Shown here: in pieces, positions 35,166-44,405 of the stretch
Numbering within the stretch: the first letter of the stretch is position 1
Layout of the letters: the number at the start of each line of letters is the position of its first letter
DNA from: a virus
Length of the DNA: 64,000 bases
IMG/VR virus record: IMGVR_UViG_3300006104_000013
Coordinates: 1-64,000 of that record
Strand: one strand, 5' to 3'
The notes under the pieces: generated by a model
Database searches by the model: none
Seen by the model: only the letters and a program-made list of their open reading frames with translations
Told to the model about the DNA's origin: nothing
Translations under genes and position numbers: made by a program

Positions 35166-35687
35166 ATGAACGACCAACCCACTCGCGCCGGTCGCCCGAC
35201 CAACGCCCGTATCCAGTCCTCCGTTCGTGAACCGGCCCGTGAGCCGGTCCGCGACTCCACCAACCGGACCGAGGGCACTCGTCTGGCCCGTAATCGCAAA
35301 CGGTCGGAGGACAAGTTCTATGTCGATCCCCGGATCATCCCCGCCGGTCGTGATTATCAATGGGTTCGGATGTCCTGCTATGGCCAGCCCGACCCCGATC
35401 ACGTCAACAACCTGAAGGACAACCACTGGACCGAAGTCCCCCAGGATCGCCACAGCGGTCTGGTGGTCGAGAAGGACGGTATGCGCCTGATGGAACGGCC
35501 GATGTACCTGTCTGAAGAAGCCCGCCAGGAAGATTACGATCTGGCCATCAGCCAAGTCCGTTCTGTTGGTGCCAATGTCACTGACGCACCGAAGGGACAC
35601 TTCCGCCGGGCAGCCGCCCGCGTTAATTCTGACTTCCAGCAAGTCTCTCTTGAAGGAACGTCGATGGCAGAAATCGCCGACGAATAG
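35166..35687 (+). CDS. conserved head-module protein
   Basis: P.G.DYQWVR...W..V....H...DG..LMERP. Confidence 0.75.
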   Translation: MNDQPTRAGRPTNARIQSSVREPAREPVRDSTNRTEGTRLARNRKRSEDKFYVDPRIIPAGRDYQWVRMSCYGQPDPDHVNNLKDNHWTEVPQDRHSGLVVEKDGMRLMERPMYLSEEARQEDYDLAISQVRSVGANVTDAPKGHFRRAAARVNSDFQQVSLEGTSMAEIADE

Positions 35688-35890
35688 CGCCAAAATAACA
35701 AAAGGCTTGCCAGAACGGCGAGCCTTAGTTAATTTGCAACGAAATATGTCCGTAGAGCCTATGGACAATCGCCCGATCTGGACGCCCATGCTGGAGCGTT
35801 TGGGTCATTAAGCGGACGAGGCCCGTACCGCTAATCCAACCTACGTCGCGCAGAGCCTGTGGCGGCCACGGTAGACCCAGAAGGTCAGCT

Positions 35891-36550
35891 ATGGCAAACA
35901 TTCTCGCGCCTTTCGGATTCATTCCGACGAAACGTGTTGATGGGGCTTCCTGGAGCGGCAATATGTCCGTTCGCAAGATCGCCTACAATAACACCAACAA
36001 ATTCTATAAGGGCGACATCGTCCTTACTCTCTCGACCGGATACATTACCTCGGCCGCCGCTGCCTCGTGGACGTCCGCGACGACGACCCCGATCGCCGGT
36101 GTCTTCCAGGGTTGCAAATACTTCTCTTCCGCCCAGCAGAAGGTCGTGTGGTCGCCGTACTTCCCCGGTGGTGACACTGTCACTGGCCTGGACGTTGAAG
36201 CTTATATCATCGACGATCCGAACGTCGTGTTCCTGGCCCAGACCGGTGGCCTGTCGGGTTCCGCCATCGGCATCTCGGCCATTGGCAACAACGTGCAGAT
36301 CAGCGTGTCTGTCGGCTCCGGAAACACTCTGAGCGGTATCTCCGGGTATGTTGTTGACGAATCCAACGTCGGCACCACCTCGACCTACCCCTTCCGTGTG
36401 TACGATATCCCCAACGTGCAAACGTCTGGCGGGACCCCCGGAACTGCCGCTGGCGCGATCGGCAATGGTTATGATCCGACGACAAAGTACAACTTTGTGC
36501 TGGTGACGCCGAATAACCATGAGCTCCGTGCTCCGATCACTGGCATTTAA
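35891..36550 (+). CDS. capsid decoration or minor capsid protein
   Basis: MAN..APFGF.P...GVFQGC.Y...DDP.V.F; directly upstream of MCP. Confidence 0.75.
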   Translation: MANILAPFGFIPTKRVDGASWSGNMSVRKIAYNNTNKFYKGDIVLTLSTGYITSAAAASWTSATTTPIAGVFQGCKYFSSAQQKVVWSPYFPGGDTVTGLDVEAYIIDDPNVVFLAQTGGLSGSAIGISAIGNNVQISVSVGSGNTLSGISGYVVDESNVGTTSTYPFRVYDIPNVQTSGGTPGTAAGAIGNGYDPTTKYNFVLVTPNNHELRAPITGI

Positions 36551-36566
36551 TAGAGGAGATTGAACG

Positions 36567-37481
36567 ATGCCCGTTTCCTTATCCGCAATCGCCAATCTGC
36601 TCTATCCCGGCCTCCGGGAAGTGACTGGCAAATATAAACAAATCGGACGTCAGTACGACAAAATCTTCGACCACATGAAGTCGGATATGGCGTTGGAACG
36701 CACCAGCGAAGCCCGCTACCTGGGTTACGCTCAGTTGAAGAATGAAGGTGCTGCCACCGCATTCGACAACCAAGCCGGTGTGCGGTTCACCTACAACCAG
36801 GAACACATCGAAATCGCCTTGGGGTATGCGATTACCCGCAAGGCCATCGATGACAACCTGTACAAGACGCAGTTCCAACCGTCGAACCTGGGCCTGATGG
36901 AATCCTTCAATCAGACCAAGGAAATCTACGGTGCCAACGTCCTGAACACTGCCAACGTCTATAATCAGGCGGTGGGCGGTGACGGCGTGGCCCTGTGCGC
37001 CCCCAACCACCAGGTTGATGGTTCGACCTACGCCAACACCCCCTCAGTGGCTGTTGACCTGAATGAATCGACTCTGCTGTCGGCGATGATCTCGATCCGT
37101 CGCAACTTCGTCGATCAGGCTGGTCTGAAGTTCTATGCCCGTGGCCGCAAGCTGATTGTGCCCCCGGAATTGGAACCGATTGCCATCCGTCTGTTGCAGA
37201 CCGAATTGCGTCCCGGCACTGCCGATAATGACGTCAATGCGATCCGCGCCACTGCTGGCGGCTTGACTGAAGGTTACATGGTCAACGACTTCCTGACCTC
37301 TCCCTACGCTTGGTTCCTGCTGACCAACGTCAAGGGTCTGGCCTACATGGAGCGGATGCCCTTTGAAACCGATATGCAAGTCGAGTTTACGACGGACAAC
37401 CTGCTGGTGAAGGGTTATGAACGCTACTCGTTTGGCGCGTATAATCCGCGCGCCATCTACGGTAGTTTTCCGACCTCGTAA
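36567..37481 (+). CDS. major capsid protein
   Basis: L.PGL, ALGYAIT..AIDDNLY, GGDGV.L....H, KLIVP, TADND.NA, ERYSFG...PR..YG; strong codon bias. Confidence 0.9.
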   Translation: MPVSLSAIANLLYPGLREVTGKYKQIGRQYDKIFDHMKSDMALERTSEARYLGYAQLKNEGAATAFDNQAGVRFTYNQEHIEIALGYAITRKAIDDNLYKTQFQPSNLGLMESFNQTKEIYGANVLNTANVYNQAVGGDGVALCAPNHQVDGSTYANTPSVAVDLNESTLLSAMISIRRNFVDQAGLKFYARGRKLIVPPELEPIAIRLLQTELRPGTADNDVNAIRATAGGLTEGYMVNDFLTSPYAWFLLTNVKGLAYMERMPFETDMQVEFTTDNLLVKGYERYSFGAYNPRAIYGSFPTS

Positions 37482-37490
37482 GGCGATTAT

Positions 37491-37516
37491 CTGGGCTGCC
37501 CTTCGGGGTGGCCCAG
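37491..37516 (+). terminator. strong UUCG hairpin after MCP (no U-tract: partial terminator or 3' stabiliser)
   Basis: CTGGGCTGCCC-TTCG-GGGTGGCCCAG. Confidence 0.55.
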
Positions 37517-37545
37517 GTGGTACTCGTAATTAGAAGGAGCCTCAC

Positions 37546-38865
37546 ATGGCTGAGACTATTGAACGCGGCCCGGCAATCTCGCTAGGGGCTCTGACAGACG
37601 CCAATCTGGTTGTCATCAACGGCGTGGTTCAGACCAATGCCCAGATCCAACCCACTGACGGACCGTCCATTTCCTACCAGGGTGACGCCATCCCCGATGT
37701 GCGTGTGTTTCCTGCCAATAAGGACGGCCTGCAAACCGCCCGCATCCCCTGCTTTGTCAGTTCGCCCTACATCGTGATGGTCGATGCTATCCCGTCGGTG
37801 AGCTCGGCCAGCGGATCGAATACCGGCACTGTGGCTGCGGCCCAGGCGATTTCCTCGGCCGGTGGTGCCTTTACCTTGATTTCGACCCAGCCCAGTTGCT
37901 CCGCATCTGGTTCGGCCGCCCACGGTATTGTCCCGCTGATCCCCAAAGCCTATCCGACCAGCTATACTGGGACGGTAGGAACCCCCATCAACGTCCTGGC
38001 GCTGGACTTCGGCTTCACCTACGGCACGACCACTGCTTCGAGCACCACCGTCACGGTGGCCGACTCCTCGCTGTTCTATGTCGGCCAGTGGATCTGCATC
38101 GCCGGTGCCGGTAATTCGGCGACGACCTTGCCGCTGGTGACTCAAGTCACCGCGATTCCGACGTCCACCACGATCACCCTGGCGACCGCCGCTATCGGTG
38201 CCGTGACCCGCGCCCCCATCGGATCGACCAACTACAGTGGCCCATACCCGGCTGGATCTTCGGCCAACGCGGTGAATCCCTACTGGAACGGCGGAGTCGC
38301 CGGTCTGTTCAATCCGACCGAAGGCATCGCCCGTAACATCGCCGTCTATGCCGCAGCGAATGCCATCACCAACTCGGTGGTTATCAACGGCTATGACGTC
38401 TATGGCTACAAGATGACCGAAACCATCTCCTTCACCACGTCCGGCTCGGCCCAGACGGTGTATGGGAAGAAGGCTTTCAAGTACATCTACTCGGCGACTC
38501 TGACGAATGCCGACGGATCGCACAACGTCTCGCTGGGCGTCGGCGACGTCATCGGGTACGCTCTGCGCATCGACAAGTGGGAATATTCCAACAACTTCTA
38601 CAACGGCACGTTCACGACTGCTCAGACGGGATGGACCCAGGCTTACCAACCGACCTCCGGCGCGTCCACGGCCACTTCGGCTGACGTTCGCGGAACGATC
38701 CAAGTAGGGTCTGCCGGTGGCGGTTCGCCCATCTCTGGCGGCGCGAACCTCGATGGAACCAAGCGCATCGCTCTGATGATGACGGTCCCCTTGAGCAACT
38801 TGATCAATTGCACCCCCGCCGCACCTCAGTATATGTTCGGCACGGCGCAATATTCCAATTTCTAA
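37546..38865 (+). CDS. virion structural protein (head fibre or decoration-like)
   Basis: GYDVYG..MTE...GKKAFKYI; Thr/Ala-rich. Confidence 0.8.
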   Translation: MAETIERGPAISLGALTDANLVVINGVVQTNAQIQPTDGPSISYQGDAIPDVRVFPANKDGLQTARIPCFVSSPYIVMVDAIPSVSSASGSNTGTVAAAQAISSAGGAFTLISTQPSCSASGSAAHGIVPLIPKAYPTSYTGTVGTPINVLALDFGFTYGTTTASSTTVTVADSSLFYVGQWICIAGAGNSATTLPLVTQVTAIPTSTTITLATAAIGAVTRAPIGSTNYSGPYPAGSSANAVNPYWNGGVAGLFNPTEGIARNIAVYAAANAITNSVVINGYDVYGYKMTETISFTTSGSAQTVYGKKAFKYIYSATLTNADGSHNVSLGVGDVIGYALRIDKWEYSNNFYNGTFTTAQTGWTQAYQPTSGASTATSADVRGTIQVGSAGGGSPISGGANLDGTKRIALMMTVPLSNLINCTPAAPQYMFGTAQYSNF

Positions 38866-38879
38866 GCGAGGACTGACAA

Positions 38880-39266
38880 ATGGCTAAAGCAAAAGAAGGT
38901 GTGGTTGCCCACGACAAGCCCGGCAAGGCTTACAATGCCCAGGGCTCCAACGTCGAACACGAAGCGGAAGAAAAGGCCGAACGCAAGCGCGGCGGTCACT
39001 GCGAACGTGCCGAAGGTGGCGCTGCCGAAGAAGGCGCTGAAGAACGCGCCCATGGCGGCGGTCTGGACGCCATGAAGAAGAAAAAGAAAAAGGAAGAAGG
39101 CAAGGCCGAGGGTGAACATAATCGCCCCCGCTTCGATCGCCCCGGCCGCAAGCGCGGCGGTGCCATCGGTGCCAACCTGACTCCCTTGTCCACGGCTGCC
39201 AAGATCACCCCGGCCGAAGGCCGTAAGGACGTCGATGGCGATCGTCTGGACGAAGAAGAAGGCTGA
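38880..39266 (+). CDS. charged protein with repeated RxxGG motifs
   Basis: SD GAGG; RKRGG twice, RAEGG, RAHGG. Confidence 0.8.
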   Translation: MAKAKEGVVAHDKPGKAYNAQGSNVEHEAEEKAERKRGGHCERAEGGAAEEGAEERAHGGGLDAMKKKKKKEEGKAEGEHNRPRFDRPGRKRGGAIGANLTPLSTAAKITPAEGRKDVDGDRLDEEEG

Positions 39267-39479
39267 AGAGGCAGGGCGTCAGGCGGGCGTCTGACATCCT
39301 CCGAACGGAATGCCCTACCTGGAAAAGAGTTCGCTCTCCCAGGTAGGCGCTACCCGATAGAGAATAAGAGCCATGCTCGCAACGCGCTCGCCAGAGTCAG
39401 CCAGCACGGCTCTCCAGAAGAAAAGGCCAAGGTCCGGGCCAAGGTTCACGCCAAATATCCGGACATCGGTGAGGAGTAG
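39267..39479 (+). CDS. in-frame readthrough extension (DUF6582-like domain; not in ORF track)
   Basis: 70 sense codons after TGA: RGRASGGRLTSSERNALPGKEFALPGRRYPIENKSHARNALARVSQHG...KYPDIGEE; no in-frame ATG/GTG/TTG. Confidence 0.75.
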   Translation, partial: RGRASGGRLTSSERNALPGKEFALPGRRYPIENKSHARNALARVSQHGSPEEKAKVRAKVHAKYPDIGEE

Positions 39480-39482
39480 AAG

Positions 39483-40115
39483 ATGATCCCTGCAAGCGTT
39501 TCCATCGTTTTGGCGGCTGGTGTCGCTGCCGGGATCGTCGCCTCGAACACCCCTGCCGGTGCTGGGAACCTGACCATCGTCAGCGGCAAATACACTGCCG
39601 ATGCCCCGCGCCGCATTCTGATCACCTATGGCAATGAAGCCTCGAACCGGACGGTGAAGATCACTGGAACCGATCGCTATGGCAACTCCTTGGTGGAAAC
39701 CGTGACTGTGCCCCTTGGCGCTCCGGGATCCATCTACACTGCCAATGATTTTGCGACCGTTACTGTCGTGACCGTGGCTGGAGCCTGGACGACCAATATG
39801 ACGGTCGGCACCAACAACGTCGGCTCGACTCCCTGGATCGTCCCCAGCCTGCTCATCACCCCACAGCAGATCGCTGTGGCAGGCGTGAACGTCAGCGGCA
39901 CGGCGACATGGTCGGTCGAATATACCTATAACGACCCGAACAATCTGCCTTCGACTCTGACGACTCCGACGGTCTTTGCCCTGACTGCCTTGTCGGCGCA
40001 ATCGGCAACGAAGGATGGTACGTTCGCGCAGCCGGTGGCCGCTTATCGCTTGACCGTCACTTCCGGCCAAGGAACAGTTCGTCTGGATAGCCTGCAAGCT
40101 GGGCGTAACCAATAG
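39483..40115 (+). CDS. virion structural protein
   Basis: ITGTD.YG....ET..., PV.A.RL; SD GAGGAG. Confidence 0.8.
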   Translation: MIPASVSIVLAAGVAAGIVASNTPAGAGNLTIVSGKYTADAPRRILITYGNEASNRTVKITGTDRYGNSLVETVTVPLGAPGSIYTANDFATVTVVTVAGAWTTNMTVGTNNVGSTPWIVPSLLITPQQIAVAGVNVSGTATWSVEYTYNDPNNLPSTLTTPTVFALTALSAQSATKDGTFAQPVAAYRLTVTSGQGTVRLDSLQAGRNQ

Positions 40116-40124
40116 GAGGGCGGG

Positions 40125-41318
40125 ATGGCCTCTCCATCTGGCACAACGACTTTCTCACCAGCGTTCTCGGATATCCTTCTGGATGTGTTCTCGCGCATCC
40201 AAATCCGCCCATCTGAAATCACCGCCGATCATATGTGGCAGGCAAAGATGTCGGCCAATCTCATGTTGGCCGAGTGGGAGGTCCGCAACGGCCCGAACCT
40301 CTGGAAGATGGAAGAGGTCACGGTCCCGCTGCAACAGGGCGTCTCGTCTTATACGCTGCCCTCCACCACGGTCGGGATCCTCGATTATTTCATCCGGCAG
40401 TACCAGCTCACCAACACCGCAAACATTCCGGTATCGCTGACCACGTCGGCGGGCTTCACCAATGTCACGGTGGTGTGGCCAAATCACGGTCTCGTGCCGT
40501 CGAGCTGGATTTCGTTTGTGACTCCGATATCGATCGGCGGCCTGACGATCTATGGGACCTATCAGGTCCTGGCCGTCATCGACATCAACACCTTCATCAT
40601 CACGTCGGTCTATGCGGCATCGACGTCTGTATCTGGCGGCGGCGCTGTTCCGGTCTTCACGTCGAGCTATGGATCGACGACGATCAATGTGAACTTCGCC
40701 AACCACGGCCTTGTCGCCGGGCAGACCTTTGCCATCGGTGTCGCAACCTCCGTCGGCGGCGTGCCGCTGTCCGGGGCCTACAACGTGGCCAGCGTCATCG
40801 ACATCAACAATTTCACTATCGTTGCGGCCCAGGCCGGAGCATCAGCCACTGTCGCCGAGAATTCCGGCCTTGCCCAGATCCAGAGTCAGAGCGTTGCTGT
40901 CAGCCCGCTGGACAAGGTCATCAACCCGATTTCCCGGTCTGAGTATTCGGCAATCCCGAATAAGACGGACCAGGGGTTCCCGACCAGCATCTGGTTCAAT
41001 CGCCAGATTACGCCGGTGGTCAATCTCTGGTACGCCCCGGACTCCAACGGACCTTACGTCCTGCATATGTGGTGCCTCGTCCAGACCAACGATATCACGA
41101 CTCCGGGCGGTGTCGGCCTCGATGTGCCGTGGCGCTTCCTTGAAGCCTTTGCCCAGGGCATGGCCGCCAAGCTGGCGGTGAAATTCCCGCCCAAGGCCCC
41201 GAACACCATTGACCTCCAGATCAAATTGGCTGAACAATCTTGGTCGTTTGCATCCCAGCAGGATACAGAGGGAGCCCCGATGTATGTGACTCCGATGCTG
41301 AACTCATATTTTAGGTGA
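40125..41318 (+). CDS. head-tail adaptor-like protein with two inserted beta domains
   Basis: SGT..F, EW...G.NLW, ISR.EY..IPNK..QG.P, VPWRFLEA; two NHGL repeats. Confidence 0.75.
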   Translation: MASPSGTTTFSPAFSDILLDVFSRIQIRPSEITADHMWQAKMSANLMLAEWEVRNGPNLWKMEEVTVPLQQGVSSYTLPSTTVGILDYFIRQYQLTNTANIPVSLTTSAGFTNVTVVWPNHGLVPSSWISFVTPISIGGLTIYGTYQVLAVIDINTFIITSVYAASTSVSGGGAVPVFTSSYGSTTINVNFANHGLVAGQTFAIGVATSVGGVPLSGAYNVASVIDINNFTIVAAQAGASATVAENSGLAQIQSQSVAVSPLDKVINPISRSEYSAIPNKTDQGFPTSIWFNRQITPVVNLWYAPDSNGPYVLHMWCLVQTNDITTPGGVGLDVPWRFLEAFAQGMAAKLAVKFPPKAPNTIDLQIKLAEQSWSFASQQDTEGAPMYVTPMLNSYFR

Positions 41319-41322
41319 TGTG

Positions 41323-41643
41323 ATGGCCTGGAGACCGCACGGAAAAGCACGGGTTAATGCGCGATCGCCATCGGCGTTTGCGATCTGTGACCGCTGTGGG
41401 TTTCTGCATAATCATTGCGATCTATCCTGGGAGTTCGACTGGCGCGGCCCACAGCTTACTAATCTGCGCATCCTGGTGTGCAGGAAGTGTAAGGACCGGC
41501 CGCAAGAGCAGAACCGCCCGAAGATCACACCTCCAGATCCCGTGCCGATCCAGAACCCGCGTATCGAGCAGTACAGCTCAGATAATGTGGGGATTACCAG
41601 AATTCAGGCGTCGATCCCGCCGACTTACATTGAGGATGAATGA
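41323..41643 (+). CDS. zinc-finger protein
   Basis: AICDRCGF...VC..C.D.PQ...PDP.P..NPR. Confidence 0.75.
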   Translation: MAWRPHGKARVNARSPSAFAICDRCGFLHNHCDLSWEFDWRGPQLTNLRILVCRKCKDRPQEQNRPKITPPDPVPIQNPRIEQYSSDNVGITRIQASIPPTYIEDE

Positions 41644-42365
41644 TGCAGTATTCCGACCTCGTCACAGCCCTCGTTGTCGAGCTGGCGATCTGCTCGACGT
41701 CAGACCCGGCGTTTTTGCCAGCCACCGCGACTCCGACTCCGGATGCGAACTTCAACGCCATCTTGCCACGGTGCATCGAGTACACCGAGAATCGTATCCA
41801 GCGCGACATCGACTTTGTCGATACGACCGTCTCGAAGACGGGGACGATGACGGCCAACACCCGGACTCTGACGCTGAACCCCGCCACCCAGGGGACGTTC
41901 ATTGTTCCGCAGCAGCTTTGCGCCGTGGTGTCTGGTGCCCGCCAACCCCCGATGACGTTTGTCACTCGCGAGTTTCTTGACGCGGCATGGCCCAGTGAAA
42001 TCGGGACCGGAGTCCCGACATATTGGACCCTGGTTGGGCAAACCGATATCTTGGTCGGGCAGGCCCCGGATATGGCCTATGGCTATGAACTGACCGGATC
42101 CCAGCGCTTCATTCAGTTGTCCCTGACCAACCCGACGAATTTCATCTCCATAAACATGCCGGAATTATATCTGGCGGCCGCCATGGTCTTTATGACCGGG
42201 CACCAACGAGATTGGGGTGCGCAAGCCGATGACCCCAAGATGGCGATGTCCTGGGAGAACAATTACCAGACGCTCAAGGCAGGGACCAGCTCCGAGGAGA
42301 TGCGGAAGATATTCCGTGGGGTCAACAATACGACAGACCTGCCGAGCCCGCTGTCACCGCCGTAA
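41640..42365 (+). CDS. head-tail adaptor or tail tubular-like protein
   Basis: Y.DL...E.RI.R, G.P.YW, PD..Y, LS..N.TN.IS...P.LYL.A. Confidence 0.75.
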   Translation: MMQYSDLVTALVVELAICSTSDPAFLPATATPTPDANFNAILPRCIEYTENRIQRDIDFVDTTVSKTGTMTANTRTLTLNPATQGTFIVPQQLCAVVSGARQPPMTFVTREFLDAAWPSEIGTGVPTYWTLVGQTDILVGQAPDMAYGYELTGSQRFIQLSLTNPTNFISINMPELYLAAAMVFMTGHQRDWGAQADDPKMAMSWENNYQTLKAGTSSEEMRKIFRGVNNTTDLPSPLSPP

Positions 42366-42414
42366 TTGCACGACTCTGCGTTTTGTGTTTTATTGAGAGT
42401 CCGAAGGGGACGTC

Positions 42415-43068
42415 ATGCCACTTAAACCTGGAACATCGAACAAGGTCAAAAGCGATAATATCCGTGAGATGATCAATGCAGGTCATCCCAGGGATCAGTC
42501 GATCGCCGCCGCCATGCGCGAAGCTGACCAGAGTCGGAAGAAGCGTGCCGCCGGTGGATCGACACTGGCCCCCATGACCGCCGAGCCAGCCATCTTCGGA
42601 TTGGTGAATTCCACAGTCCCGGGCCGGACGGATCGCCACAACACGACTCTTCCCCATGGATCATACGTCCTCCCCGCCGACATCGTCTCAGGCATGGGCG
42701 AGGGCAATACCATGGCTGGGGCAAAAGTTGTCCGGCAAATGTTTTCTACCGGGCCGCACGGCGTCCCGATAAACCACACCCAGCGACAGAATACGATCCC
42801 AGGCGCAGCATCAAACCCGATGGTGCGCCATCACTATGCGCAGGGTGGCGAAGGCAGCGGCGTTCCGTGTGTCATCGCTGGTGGTGAGTTCGTACTGACC
42901 CCGGAAGAGGTCGCCTACAGCCCGCGTGCCGGTGCTGGCGACCCGAACAAGCCGGAAGATTTCCAGAAGTATCTGGATCGTGGGCATAAGGTCTTGGATG
43001 CTTTCGTTGTTGCCCGCCGAAAGATGGACATCAAGACAATTTCAAAACTTCCCGGACCTGTAAAATAG
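42415..43068 (+). CDS. multi-module virion protein (MPLK..S...NI.E N-domain plus two GG-initiated G[SE][YF]V modules)
   Basis: RAAGG...PGRTD...GSYVLPAD; YAQGG...GEFVL. Confidence 0.75.
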   Translation: MPLKPGTSNKVKSDNIREMINAGHPRDQSIAAAMREADQSRKKRAAGGSTLAPMTAEPAIFGLVNSTVPGRTDRHNTTLPHGSYVLPADIVSGMGEGNTMAGAKVVRQMFSTGPHGVPINHTQRQNTIPGAASNPMVRHHYAQGGEGSGVPCVIAGGEFVLTPEEVAYSPRAGAGDPNKPEDFQKYLDRGHKVLDAFVVARRKMDIKTISKLPGPVK

Positions 43069-43077
43069 GAGACTATC

Positions 43078-43326
43078 ATGGCGACGACGCCCGAAATTGA
43101 AGCCTTTGACGCTATTTTTGACCTGACCAATCCCCTGTTGCCCCCGATGTTCGTCGAAGGTTTGGCCATCGTGCGCGGCAATCTGCTGGAAAAGGCCCTG
43201 GCCGCCGCCAACCCGGCCCCTGTCGAATCCCCCGCCCCGGCTCCCGAGCCGACTCCGGAGCCGACTCCCGAACCGGTCGTCGAGGCAGCCCCCGTCGAAG
43301 AGGCCGCCCCCGAAGCGGTGGCTTAA
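43078..43326 (+). CDS. hypothetical protein with Pro/Glu-rich tail
   Basis: SD AGGAG. Confidence 0.7.
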   Translation: MATTPEIEAFDAIFDLTNPLLPPMFVEGLAIVRGNLLEKALAAANPAPVESPAPAPEPTPEPTPEPVVEAAPVEEAAPEAVA

Positions 43327-43328
43327 TT

Positions 43329-43802
43329 ATGGCCGCAGTGGTTGACGTCGCCGACGCCAGCGACTGCGCCGAGGTCATCGACCTCCTGCGTATGAAGCAT
43401 GGGGAAGATGGCCTGGGTCGTTTCAGTGAAGAACGCGCTCACGAATCAGTGGTTCGTGGCGCGGTCACGAAGAACATGGCCCGTATCGGCGTGATCCGTG
43501 GGAAGACCCGCATCGAGGCCACCGTCGGCCTTTTTGTCGATCGCCCCTTCGACTCCATCGACCAGTATCTGTTTGACCGGTGGCTGTTCGTCCACCCCGA
43601 TAACCGCCGGTCTGAACATGCCAAGGACCTGATCATCTGGTCAAAGAAGATCGCCCTGTGCCTGGGTGTCCCCCTGGTGCTGACCACCATCGTCAATCAG
43701 ACGACGGCGAATAAGGCCAAGCTCTACGAGCGTCAGATGCCCGAGGGTGGCAAAATCTTCGTGTTCAATCCGATCCTTGAACTGCAAAGACAAACCGCTT
43801 AG
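43329..43802 (+). CDS. GNAT-like protein
   Basis: FVHPD.RRS.HA..L...K...K..LY.R. Confidence 0.75.
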   Translation: MAAVVDVADASDCAEVIDLLRMKHGEDGLGRFSEERAHESVVRGAVTKNMARIGVIRGKTRIEATVGLFVDRPFDSIDQYLFDRWLFVHPDNRRSEHAKDLIIWSKKIALCLGVPLVLTTIVNQTTANKAKLYERQMPEGGKIFVFNPILELQRQTA

Positions 43803-43897
43803 TATCCGCAGTGACTTCCCGACGTGCCGTTGGGCTTTATATTTCGCCGGTTCCTTTACGAAGCTCGTGACCGAACTTAAACGCTGGGCGGGATTTG

Positions 43898-44404
43898 ATG
43901 CTTAACGGCACCGACTACCACTTCAAGACTCCGAAGCCTGACAACGTCCGCATCGCTACGAAGCTGGACGAACCCGCTTTGTTTGACCTCTTGTGGAACG
44001 GTCTCCACGACTCCAACGACATGGGCTATGGCCGCTCTCACCGCAAGGTGTGGGAGCATATCAATGCGACCTGCCGTGGCGAGAAGGGGATTGCCGGAGT
44101 CATCTATGAAGGCCCCAAGATGGTGGCCAGCGTTGGCATCGTTGCATCCCAGTTTTGGTATTCGGACGTCTGGTTTCTGTCAGAGGTCTGGATGATTGTC
44201 CTCCCGGAATACCGGTCGAAGGGCTATGCCGATGATCTGTTCAATTTTGCCAAGTGGCACCGTGAGGACATGGAGCGGCTAACCGGTCAGGAATATGACC
44301 TGGAATGCTCTGTAATCAGTAACCGCCGTCTTGAGGCCAAGGAGCGTCTGTGGGCGACAAAGGGCCGGAAGATCGGCGCATCCTTTATGATCGATAGGGA
44401 CTAA
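43898..44404 (+). CDS. GNAT-like protein (paralogue of the previous gene)
   Basis: WYSD..FL.E.W..V.PEYR.KGYA..L. Confidence 0.8.
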   Translation: MLNGTDYHFKTPKPDNVRIATKLDEPALFDLLWNGLHDSNDMGYGRSHRKVWEHINATCRGEKGIAGVIYEGPKMVASVGIVASQFWYSDVWFLSEVWMIVLPEYRSKGYADDLFNFAKWHREDMERLTGQEYDLECSVISNRRLEAKERLWATKGRKIGASFMIDRD

Positions 44405-44405
44405 A

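Noticed and set aside
43329-44404. GNAT pair as a toxin or defence system
   Set aside because: GNAT-like genes just before ejection proteins are a usual podovirus arrangement; no antitoxin is adjacent
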